From the sequence record MK509462: a stretch of 64,000 nucleotides of DNA, one strand, 5' to 3'. Positions 55,457 to 63,561 of the stretch are shown in pieces. Both the position numbers and the translations under genes were made by a program. Source of the DNA: Shigella phage MK-13. Below the pieces are notes generated by a model, which ran no database searches, was not told where the DNA came from, and saw only the letters and a program-made list of their open reading frames with translations. Within the stretch, counting starts at the first letter, position 1. The number at the start of each line of letters is the position of its first letter.

Positions 55457-55827
55457 TGAACAACTTCGCACAGGAACTACAAGCAACCATAACCCAGGCT
55501 CAGGCCTGGAATGCTATGAGCAAAGTTGAAAAAGCCGTCGACATCTTTGTCAAGGAAGTGAAGAAAAACCTTATGCTCGAGGCGTCACGAGGCGTTGAAA
55601 TTGACGATATGGCATACGTCGTTTGTGGGCATACCTTTGACAATATGTTCACGGCATTCCACCAGGCTTACAGATGTTCACACTATCCGTCAGAGCACGA
55701 AATGAAAAAGTTCAAGAAGTTGCTGGGAGAAAGGATGCTCCAGGAAGGTCTGAAATTCGAATTCCGAAAGAATGAGCGAACCGAAATCGTTACCATGAGA
55801 TTCACAGCCCACACGGGCGAGATTTAA
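55453..55827 (+). CDS. Hypothetical protein
   Basis: 124 aa; ATGA coupling. Confidence 0.45.
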   Translation: MMNNFAQELQATITQAQAWNAMSKVEKAVDIFVKEVKKNLMLEASRGVEIDDMAYVVCGHTFDNMFTAFHQAYRCSHYPSEHEMKKFKKLLGERMLQEGLKFEFRKNERTEIVTMRFTAHTGEI

Positions 55828-55832
55828 AAGAA

Positions 55833-55853
55833 AGGGGCTTAATGCCCCTTTTG
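55833..55853. terminator. Bidirectional terminator (aggggc-ttaat-gcccct) between convergent genes
   Basis: 6-bp GC stem flanked by A-run and T-run, between the + gene ending 55827 and the - gene ending 55854. Confidence 0.55.
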
Positions 55854-56312
55854 TTATTCTTCCCAGAAGTCGTCATCGTCCCCGACGGCGGCCAGTTCCG
55901 TGTCCAGGTCTTCATCAGTGAACGGCGGTAGTACCCCATTCTGAATCAGATAATCCATTTCATCGTCTTCCAGCTGCAGGTCAGTGGCAATATACAGCGC
56001 TCCGCTGCCCTCTTCGTCCGTCTCGATACTGTACGAAGTGTATGGCACCCCATTCACTGTAATGATGATAGACGTTGGATCCTCGGGATCTACGTGCGCC
56101 TCGAACGGCACACCATCAATCGGCGCATCTTCCAGGAAGGTGGCAAGGGCTACAGCGGCGCGAACAACATCAGTGCCTTCAACGCCTGCATAGATCTCTT
56201 CCGCGCCCGTCTCTTCACGATCAAACAGCTCAATCGTGATACCGTCTTGAACACCAGTCCATACGGGGATGTCATTGGTGTATTCTGATTCAAACAATTT
56301 GGAGGTTGGCAT
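55854..56312 (-). CDS. Highly acidic protein (candidate DNA-mimic-type anti-restriction protein)
   Basis: 152 aa with very high Asp/Glu content throughout; function inferred only from composition. Confidence 0.4.
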   Translation of the reverse strand: MPTSKLFESEYTNDIPVWTGVQDGITIELFDREETGAEEIYAGVEGTDVVRAAVALATFLEDAPIDGVPFEAHVDPEDPTSIIITVNGVPYTSYSIETDEEGSGALYIATDLQLEDDEMDYLIQNGVLPPFTDEDLDTELAAVGDDDDFWEE

Positions 56313-56457
56313 GTTGGGTTCCTCAGTGGGTTAGCCATATGGGGTATTTAGGCTTCCCGCACCGCCAGGCCTGGTTTGTACAGGACGATCTCACGGAAAT
56401 ATTCAAGAAAGGTTTCATAGATACCCCACACGGGTTGTATGGGGTATTTAGAAGGGA

Positions 56458-57756
56458 TCAGGAAGGGGTGAAGCCGTTTACGGGTACTGTTTCAGGGATA
56501 GCCAGCTCAGGGCATGCAGCCTTCATTGGCTCGATGTACGGCTTGCTACCCACAATCCAGAACAGAGTGTTCTCATTGAGCAACTCGGGCTTGTTCTGCT
56601 GGATCCAGGTCATGACCTTGCCTTCATAGCGAGGGTGCAACTCAATATCACCCCACTGATAATCCATCAGGTCATTGTAACGAACCCAGTTGGTGGTGTG
56701 AAGATCCCAATGGTGTACCTCAAAACGAGGAAGCGTTATCTCTGGCTCGTCCTTCTGCCTGATACCACTTAGGAGGCCAGCCAGCGAAACGCTCTTAGAG
56801 GCATGCTGAAGCTCCTTCTTGCCGTGGACATAGTCTGGGTTGTCGTGATAACGGCGGGTGAAGTCGACAATGTGAGGCAGATTGGCTTGCTTACCAATGA
56901 TACGCAGGCGGCTCTCAATGAAGTCCAGGCGGTTTGGTCCAATCCCAATCAGATAAACACGCTTCAGATTAGGCTTAGGATGCATCGCCAGCCCGGTCAG
57001 GATGCTTGTGCATGAGTTGCATGATCCAGCAGGGATGATCAGATCGGTGATGTGGTCTGGGATGTTAGCAACCTGCTCGCCACCCAGCATATGGAAGCCA
57101 GCGATGCGCTCTGGGGAGTGAGCCGTGTGGTCCAGGGTGATACCATATTCCAGGTAGTACGCCTTTGGATTCACCTGCTCAATGAGTTTCTTACAGCGCG
57201 GCTGGATCGTGCTGTTGTAACCCGAGCCGACGAAGTTGAACTCACTGCCGAACCAGGCGCTCATCTCAACCATCCCATGGTTCATGCAAGTGGTTGGTTT
57301 GGTCGCGCCGAGTACAGTGGTTGTCTTTCCGCCGAAGTGCCGAGAGACTGCCGTCGCCATAGGGGATTGCGGACTACCAACGACAGTACCGTGGATGATG
57401 TCAGGGGAACCTCCGGCCTTCAGGTGCTCAACCATCAGCCAGATGGCCTGGCGCAACTTACTGCCATTGATGCCCTGCTGACCATTTGCGTAATTGGACA
57501 GCGGTGCAAAGTAATCTTCACGCTTGAACCAGACCTGCTGATTGGTTTCGGGGTTGGCAACGAGTTCGCACGGGGTGTGCTTGTAGAGATAGTCTTCCCA
57601 GTGGATGACATTGCGGTCAAGCGAGAGAGCATTGAAGATAGTTTTGCGGTCGCCCATAAGGGCATCCGGGGTATATGGAGCAAAGATAAAAGGGCTGGCG
57701 TTTTCTTCTATCGCCTGTTTGGTGATATCTATAAGTTTCTGAGTTTTGTCGTTCAT
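56458..57756 (-). CDS. PLP-dependent enzyme, fold type II (tryptophan synthase beta / ACC deaminase-like superfamily)
   Basis: WFKREDYFAPLSNYANGQQGINGSKLRQAI parallels the KRDDL...GGNKxRKLE lysine motif region of ACC/D-cysteine desulfhydrase-type enzymes; 432 aa. Confidence 0.5.
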   Translation of the reverse strand: MNDKTQKLIDITKQAIEENASPFIFAPYTPDALMGDRKTIFNALSLDRNVIHWEDYLYKHTPCELVANPETNQQVWFKREDYFAPLSNYANGQQGINGSKLRQAIWLMVEHLKAGGSPDIIHGTVVGSPQSPMATAVSRHFGGKTTTVLGATKPTTCMNHGMVEMSAWFGSEFNFVGSGYNSTIQPRCKKLIEQVNPKAYYLEYGITLDHTAHSPERIAGFHMLGGEQVANIPDHITDLIIPAGSCNSCTSILTGLAMHPKPNLKRVYLIGIGPNRLDFIESRLRIIGKQANLPHIVDFTRRYHDNPDYVHGKKELQHASKSVSLAGLLSGIRQKDEPEITLPRFEVHHWDLHTTNWVRYNDLMDYQWGDIELHPRYEGKVMTWIQQNKPELLNENTLFWIVGSKPYIEPMKAACPELAIPETVPVNGFTPS

Positions 57757-57825
57757 TCTATTTCTCCTGTAGACATTGGCTTATCATAGCGTATCTACAG
57801 GAGTATAGAAAAGGAGAATCTCGGC

Positions 57826-58524
57826 TTACTTCTTGAACAGACGAAGGAACTTCATCATGTTTTCCATGAAAGTCGGCTTCTTGACCTTTTGTTTTACCGG
57901 AGCACCCTGATCATTCAGAACACGACTGGCCGGAGGGGTAGGAGCCACAGGTGGCTCTACATATTTTCGATTCAGGCTTTCTTCAATCTCGCCCAATGAG
58001 GCGTCCTTCGTAGCCGGAACGATATTCACTGTATGACGCGGGGATTCAGCGACGTATTTGTTGTCAACCACAGTGACAGGCTTGACGAGATTCTTTTCGT
58101 ACTCGCGAGCCATGGCCTGGTACTTCCGATTCTCTGCGTCGAAGTCCATAGAAACGGCTTTACGACAACGGCGGGTTGCGCTTTCATCACCATAGAAATA
58201 GAAGAAGTTTTTGACCAGCCAATGGATTGCCTGTTCACGCGTATAGAATACTTTGAACGGCTGACCGTCGCCCTCTTCGGCGGCGGTAATACTAGAGTAA
58301 CCCATAAGGACAACCTGCCCCTTCACGCCGAGATCAAAGGGTGTGCATTCGCCAGGCTGGTTGAGATCACGCGGAGCGAGCTGGGAGCCGCGATGGATAT
58401 AATTCGGCGACAAGAACTCGTTCAGAGTACGCTTGTTGCCTTTGTATTGGAACATACGGATTATAGTTGGGGTGGACTGCAATTCCCATTCTTCAGTATT
58501 TTCCCAGATAGAAACATTACGCAT
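57826..58524 (-). CDS. Hypothetical protein
   Basis: 232 aa ORF. Confidence 0.45.
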   Translation of the reverse strand: MRNVSIWENTEEWELQSTPTIIRMFQYKGNKRTLNEFLSPNYIHRGSQLAPRDLNQPGECTPFDLGVKGQVVLMGYSSITAAEEGDGQPFKVFYTREQAIHWLVKNFFYFYGDESATRRCRKAVSMDFDAENRKYQAMAREYEKNLVKPVTVVDNKYVAESPRHTVNIVPATKDASLGEIEESLNRKYVEPPVAPTPPASRVLNDQGAPVKQKVKKPTFMENMMKFLRLFKK

Positions 58525-58546
58525 TGGTGTATCCTCAAATCAATGA

Positions 58547-58579
58547 TAGGGGTTTAACGGTTAAATTTTAAACCCCTAT
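58547..58579 (-). other. Intergenic AT-rich hairpin (taggggttt...aaacccctat)
   Basis: About 10-bp inverted repeat between minus-strand genes. Confidence 0.35.
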
Positions 58580-58594
58580 TGGTTGTTGAACAAA

Positions 58595-59113
58595 TTAGAT
58601 GGTGCTCATGTAGAGAGGAACCACCTGCTCTGCGATCAGAACGATCTCATTAATGGTGAAGTCGCCACCATAAGAATACAGCTTCATCTGCGCCCCGTTG
58701 GTTGCGAGGTTCCCTGCCTTGTCAACACTGAAGAACGTGATAAAGGAGAGAACGTCTGGGGGCGGTACGCTGGAATCTCGACTCTTAGACAATTGGTTGC
58801 CTGTAGAGCCAACAAAGTCCAGCAACATCGTCCTGTTGGATGTCGAACCAGACCATGTTCCGATGATGTTCACCTTGACAGGCAAGATAGAATCGACCGG
58901 AAATGCATGGAACTTATGGTCGGACAATTTGAAGAAAGGGGCTAACCCAGTCACAGACGAAGGATGCGGTGTTTTACCGTCCAACAACGTTAAGAGATCA
59001 ACACCAGTCGCTCCAGCAGGCAAAGCCGCTGTGAGGCCAGAGAACCTCACTTCAACTTTGATGCGGTGCGTCTGGAGCATATTGCCCAGGTAAGGAGAAG
59101 GTAGAATGGCCAT
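58595..59113 (-). CDS. Hypothetical protein (late-transcribed, possibly virion-associated)
   Basis: 172 aa; immediately downstream of a gene with a TATAAATA late promoter. Confidence 0.4.
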   Translation of the reverse strand: MAILPSPYLGNMLQTHRIKVEVRFSGLTAALPAGATGVDLLTLLDGKTPHPSSVTGLAPFFKLSDHKFHAFPVDSILPVKVNIIGTWSGSTSNRTMLLDFVGSTGNQLSKSRDSSVPPPDVLSFITFFSVDKAGNLATNGAQMKLYSYGGDFTINEIVLIAEQVVPLYMSTI

Positions 59114-59121
59114 GGCTCCTC

Positions 59122-59357
59122 CTAGGAAACGATAACAGAGGAAGCAGAAGACGCGCTCTTAACCCACCCAACAGTCGGCGGGGTGAGCACAACGATATTA
59201 CCTTGATAGAGAGTATGAGCCGGAGAGGAAGCACTCGGCGTGGTTGGACTATCACACAAATACACAGAACCTTGAGTCACTTGTATTGTTTTCAATGATG
59301 TGCCATCTGAGACTTGCGTCCATGTACTTGCATCCAGAGTAAACTTGGCTGTTGCCA
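59122..59357 (-). CDS. Hypothetical small protein (late gene)
   Basis: ORF 59122..59376; start placed at the ATG preceded by AGGAGG; TATAAATA about 30 nt upstream. Confidence 0.4.
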
Positions 59358-59386
59358 TGATACACCTCCTGTACAAGTTCAGATCT

Positions 59387-59394
59387 ATTTATAC
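59387..59394 (-). promoter_or_regulatory. T4-type late promoter core TATAAATA (minus strand)
   Basis: Plus-strand tatttata = TATAAATA on minus, followed by an AGGAGG RBS and ATG. Confidence 0.5.
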
Positions 59395-59786
59395 CGGACA
59401 AAAGAAAGCCGGATATCCTTATCCGGCTATACCACATCGATGGGATGGGTGGAAAGACTACACACTTTGCACTGGTACTGCCCTATGGGAGAGCGCGTCA
59501 GGAGTCGAACCTGAAGTCGTCGGCGTAGAGAAAGCTATTTGCATTTCACTATCCTCGCCGCGATTTTCTTAACTTCCTAAACACCCGATTACGAGAGAGT
59601 CGGCATGCACACCTTCTAACTCTTCAGGAAGTCACGCCCACAATTTGGTGCCCGTTAGAGGGGTTGAACCTCAGCACTCTGGTGATCAACCCAGAGAGTC
59701 GCGCCTCATCCGTTTGTTAGTCAGATTTGGGTCTTGCAAAACCTTAACCGACCGTCTACAAACAGACTGCTTGACCGAGCGTAATT

Positions 59787-59870
59787 TGGAGCGGGAGAGC
59801 AGGATTCGAACCTGTCCAGTGATCGTCGCCGATGATCAGTCGGCTACTGTCCAACCCCTATGGCTCCCGC
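59787..59870 (-). tRNA. tRNA-like gene, atypical (anticodon unresolved; GAT if the central hairpin is the anticodon arm)
   Basis: Hand-folded: 7-bp acceptor gcgggag/ctcccgc, T-loop TTCGAAT, encoded CCA, 5-bp hairpin gccga-ctGATca-tcggc; one extra nucleotide between T-stem and acceptor and a long variable region. Confidence 0.35.
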
Positions 59871-60093
59871 GAAATAAGGACGGGCTTCACACCCGATTGA
59901 GCATTTGATCTGCCGTAGCCCAACTCCCCGCGCTTCTCAGCGCCGATTGGTTAACTGGCGACCAGTGCCTTCTGGTTCGATCTCCTGGAACTTTACAGGC
60001 TTTGCGCCCGACCATTTCTGGAAGTTGGGGCATCGTTTCCGATGTGGAGTCACCCCATTTTATACACAGCGTGGCTGCAACGCTTACTGTGTT

Positions 60094-60177
60094 TGGTGTG
60101 AGTGGATGGATTCGAACCACCGCGCTGTTACGGGGAGATTTACAGTCTCCTGCATTCGACCGCTCTGCCACACTCAC
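60094..60177 (-). tRNA. tRNA-Tyr (anticodon GTA), class II with long variable arm
   Basis: Hand-folded: acceptor gtgagtg/cactcac, anticodon arm ggaga-ctGTAaa-tctcc, T-arm ggtgg-TTCGAAT-ccatc, encoded CCA; anticodon loop matches E. coli tRNA-Tyr from memory. Confidence 0.7.
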
Positions 60178-60187
60178 ATTTGGTCTA

Positions 60188-60251
60188 CCGCTGCGTGCTG
60201 GGCCACGCTCGAGGACATCGGCCATCCTTCCTCAGCTAATCCACGCAGCGG
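60188..60251 (-). other. Long hairpin (10-bp inverted repeat ccgctgcgtg / cacgcagcgg, about 44-nt loop) adjacent to tRNA-Tyr
   Basis: Inverted repeat seen directly; possible processing signal or small RNA. Confidence 0.35.
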
Positions 60252-60434
60252 CAGATTTGTTTCAGAGTGTCCGGTGTAGCAACCCGTGAGGTGCGCACTA
60301 CTGTAGCCTCTACACTCTGAATTTGGTGGGCGTTACTATCGTCGTCTTCGGATTCCGTTCGGCTATTGGACAGAGGCTTGGAGCTTGTCGGTCGCGTACT
60401 TCGTGCCTATTCACTTTCGTTCACACCCATTGTC

Positions 60435-60510
60435 TGGCGACGATGACAGGACTTGAACCTGTGACATATGGATTAACAGTCCACCGTTCTACCGACTGAA
60501 CTACATCGTC
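60435..60510 (-). tRNA. tRNA-Asn (anticodon GTT)
   Basis: Hand-folded canonical cloverleaf: acceptor gacgatg/catcgtc, D-arm gttc/gaac, anticodon loop ctGTTaa, T-arm acagg-TTCAAGT-cctgt, encoded CCA; near-identical core to E. coli tRNA-Asn from memory. Confidence 0.75.
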
Positions 60511-60939
60511 TTTATCCGTGCTTGTTCGCTTCAATCGCCCTTAATTGGGCATCAGCGTCAGCTTTGGTGTCATGTGTACCAAGAACCTTCGTCTTGGTGT
60601 GGTCAAGGACAACCCACTTGTCACCTCGCTTTTCAACAAACTCGACAATCTCTTTGTTGTCGGTAGCGAGGCCATCCCACTCAGCAATAAAATCACCGAA
60701 CGTTTTCATCATACTCACCAATTGTTTATTGAACAACTGGTTTATTTAGGTGCTCCCAAGGCGGTATTTGAATCCCGCGATCCCATCACACCTGCCGTAG
60801 ACCGGAGCTTGCTGGCAGTCCAACAATGTTTGGCGGGGTTTGAGGATTTTCACCTCACCTGCTGGGTTTGGCCGCCCAGCCGTTCTCTATGAGGATTCGC
60901 TGTCCGGACAACTATCCCTTAAACTATCGCCCCTCAATT

Positions 60940-61019
60940 TGGTTGGAGGAGAAGGATTCGAACCTTCAACGGCTGCCGCCATCCCCTCAGGGAATGTCTA
61001 CCCCTTCCATCATCCTCCA
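60940..61019 (-). tRNA. tRNA, isotype uncertain (possible anticodon TGA)
   Basis: Perfect 7-bp acceptor tggagga/tcctcca, perfect T-arm gaagg-TTCGAAT-ccttc, encoded CCA; D and anticodon arms fold ambiguously by hand. Confidence 0.45.
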
Positions 61020-62540
61020 AATTATTGTGTGACCAACCAAGGACTGTCAACCCTTTATCCCGTTTGTGCATGATCAGTTCATGCAGGCCTGTTTGTGCGC
61101 CTCACAGCATGCGCTTCTGTTGGTCATTGGCTTGCACCGTAGCCTCGCAACAGGCGTTTATTTTTCCAGGGCTTTCCACTTGCAAGTCTTAACCATACAG
61201 GGATACGGGCTTGCAAGATCGGGTTGGTCACAACTCTGATGGCTCTCGCCTTTCCGCTCATTTACCTGTCATCCACAACCGATATACATTATGGAATCTT
61301 GAGAGCCATCAGAGTTGCAGCCATGCTACAACCCGCACCTGGGAGAGGACAAGGTGATCGACCCCAGATACTTGCCTGCTTTCGCCAGGCCAAACGGTTT
61401 AGCGTCGGGTGCCTCCCGATGCCATTATCATGGCGAATAATGGCGTTGACTTATCCTCAGGTGGTTCTTGCCACTCAACCCTTGCGCTTAGCAGGATTCA
61501 CTAAACAACCCGCACTTCAGTGTCTTCGTCACACTTCAGCACTTGTCCTCTAACGTTCAGACCAAACGAGGCTGGCCGATAGCAAACTTGTTCTCTGGTA
61601 TTTTGTGACCCGCCAGAACGGTATGGGTTGATAGCCCGAACTCAGTTTGTATCGTAGAGTGATCACACTTGTCAGGATGATCACTATTTTGCGAACTCGA
61701 GAATACTGCACCTGTCTCGGGTTTCCCCTTAGTACGGTCACTCATTGTTCGAAGCAGTCAGGGAGCTACCCTTGATGACCGCGCTTATCTTGAGCTGTTC
61801 CTGGTGCCCACCAGTGTCCGGAATGTATAGGCATCGCAGCTTTACAAGGCAATGGTCTATTTCACCCATCGCTCTCCCAAGTTCGCAAAGTAGAGTTCTC
61901 TGAACTTCAATGACCCCTCATCTTGTACTATCGCCGCCGGGAACGTTCACCATGTGAATCAACCCTTGGGTTAAGTTCAACGTCCAGAGGACTCTACTTT
62001 GCGTTGTGGGGGCTGACCCCCACACGGCTACTTCTTTAACAGGGATTGCCAGCCCTGGGGATTCCACTGTTTAAGGCTTCATCCCATAACGCCTTAGGCG
62101 TGTTCTCAAATTATTGAGCTTGCTTAACTGCAAACTGATGCGCTGTGAGACACATCTTTGAGGGCACTCAGTGTGCAACAGGCTCCGATATTTCATAGGG
62201 CATTACTGCCTCGGATTTGAGTTGCCTTTCTCCTGAAACTCCATGCAGTCTCGCGTCTGACGCGGAATGCCCTCAAAGATGTGGAGCCGCTTTAGGGAGT
62301 CGAACCCAAGTGATTGGCCAGCGCTGACCTCACACCCCACCTGATATGTTCACCGGAACTTGCCTACTCAGGAGCTTATCCCCTTTTGACAATCAGGTAT
62401 AGCGGCATTGTAAATCTGTTTGGGCGGAGGCCTGTAACCAGCAGGCATCTCCTAGCGAACTTCTGAACACCAGGCTCGGGTGCGCCTGTCGCTGTGGTGA
62501 GTTCGACTTAACTCCTGAGCGGTTATTCCCAGTCGTCGAC

Positions 62541-62624
62541 ACCCCCCAAACAGATTTTAGTCGGCGGGAGCTTATTAATCACACCCCCCAAACAGATTTT
62601 AGTCGGCGGGAGCTTATTAATCAC
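62541..62624. repeat. Perfect tandem duplication of a 42-bp unit (accccccaaacagattttagtcggcgggagcttattaatcac x2)
   Basis: Two identical adjacent copies; a partial inverted copy (aaatctgtttggg) lies about 120 nt upstream. Confidence 0.7.
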
Positions 62625-63357
62625 ACCCTCCCGCCTATTGTAGTGCGCCGAATTTTGTTATGAGGAGTCGGAAGACCTCACTGACTTATAGGCTATTACG
62701 CCGCCATCAGAACTACATCATCGTTTGCATTTATTTTTGTGGTCTGTTTCTTAAAACCCGCAAAGTCACGCACAACGAAAACGAAAACCTGTTTGAGCAC
62801 AAGACGCCATGTCCTGGGTTCACATCGAAGTGTTTGTCTAATGCCCAAACAGCTTTTCGTTCAATGGGTTAACTATACTCTGCAACCCGTTATTGACAAA
62901 ACTTTAAATCTGCCGGAACTTACGCATCCGGCCTCGCCTGTTGGTGCTCCTTCGAATCCGGGAAGATCAGCAGGAACTATGAATCAAGTTAATTCAACCA
63001 ACAGGAACCTTTGTGTTGCCCTTTGACGCAACATTATGAACCCTCTGTGAAGATCCATAATGTTGTCGGCGTGATGGAACCTGGCAGATCCGTCCTCCCC
63101 TATATGTTGGTGTCGACTTGCCAACGGGGTGCTCTCAAGCATCTGAGCTAATCACGCTACAACAGGGAGTTTCGTTCTCCGACGGTCAGTGCGTCCACTA
63201 ACACCATGCAAGGTGGATGTCACGCCTCTATTCACGCATGCCCCTGAGACTGGGATTAGTGAGGTCGGCTTTAGATGCCTAACTCAATGCGCTGTTCGCC
63301 TCACGTTTAATACTTTACCACAGCCCAGCTAATTTGAAAAGTCCTCTCCTCTTTGAG

Positions 63358-63504
63358 TTACACTGCCCACAGCAGTGCGGACGAACCTTCACTCAAAACC
63401 GGATGCACCGAAGTGGGCGACTGTTTACCGGACTGATCGGGTAGACCCAGGAGAGTAAAGGTAATCCCGATCAGGAGGATGAGGAGTAACATCATGTAAA
63501 ACAT
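63358..63504 (-). CDS. Small hydrophobic protein (about 48 aa)
   Basis: Hand translation MFYMMLLLILLIGITFTLLGLPDQSGKQ... preceded by a strong GGAGGG RBS; approximate coordinates. Confidence 0.3.
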   Translation of the reverse strand: MFYMMLLLILLIGITFTLLGLPDQSGKQSPTSVHPVLSEGSSALLWAV

Positions 63505-63561
63505 AGTGTTCCCTCCCTTCCATGCAACTAACTTTACTGCAATTCTTTATTGAATAAAGCG

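Noticed and set aside
59486-59514. tRNA at the T-arm-like hairpin tcagg-agtcgaa-cctga
   Set aside because: Good T-arm but no complementary 5' acceptor strand within 70-95 nt and no clean CCA end; left as a tRNA-like fragment
59646-59672. tRNA at tggt-gcccgtt-agagg-ggttgaa-cctc
   Set aside because: T-stem has a mismatch and no acceptor partner (aacgggc-like) downstream; could be a decayed or intron-containing tRNA but cannot be folded by hand
61224-61553. 109-aa ORF in the ORF-poor region
   Set aside because: No RBS, compositionally atypical (Leu/Ala/Pro/Arg-rich), and overlaps predicted RNA secondary structure
61040-62540. Group I or group II intron
   Set aside because: No conserved intron cores, reverse transcriptase or homing endonuclease ORF recognised by eye; region left as unresolved structured non-coding sequence
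62541-62624. Possible CRISPR array
   Set aside because: Only two directly adjacent identical 42-bp copies with no spacers; no cas genes in the window
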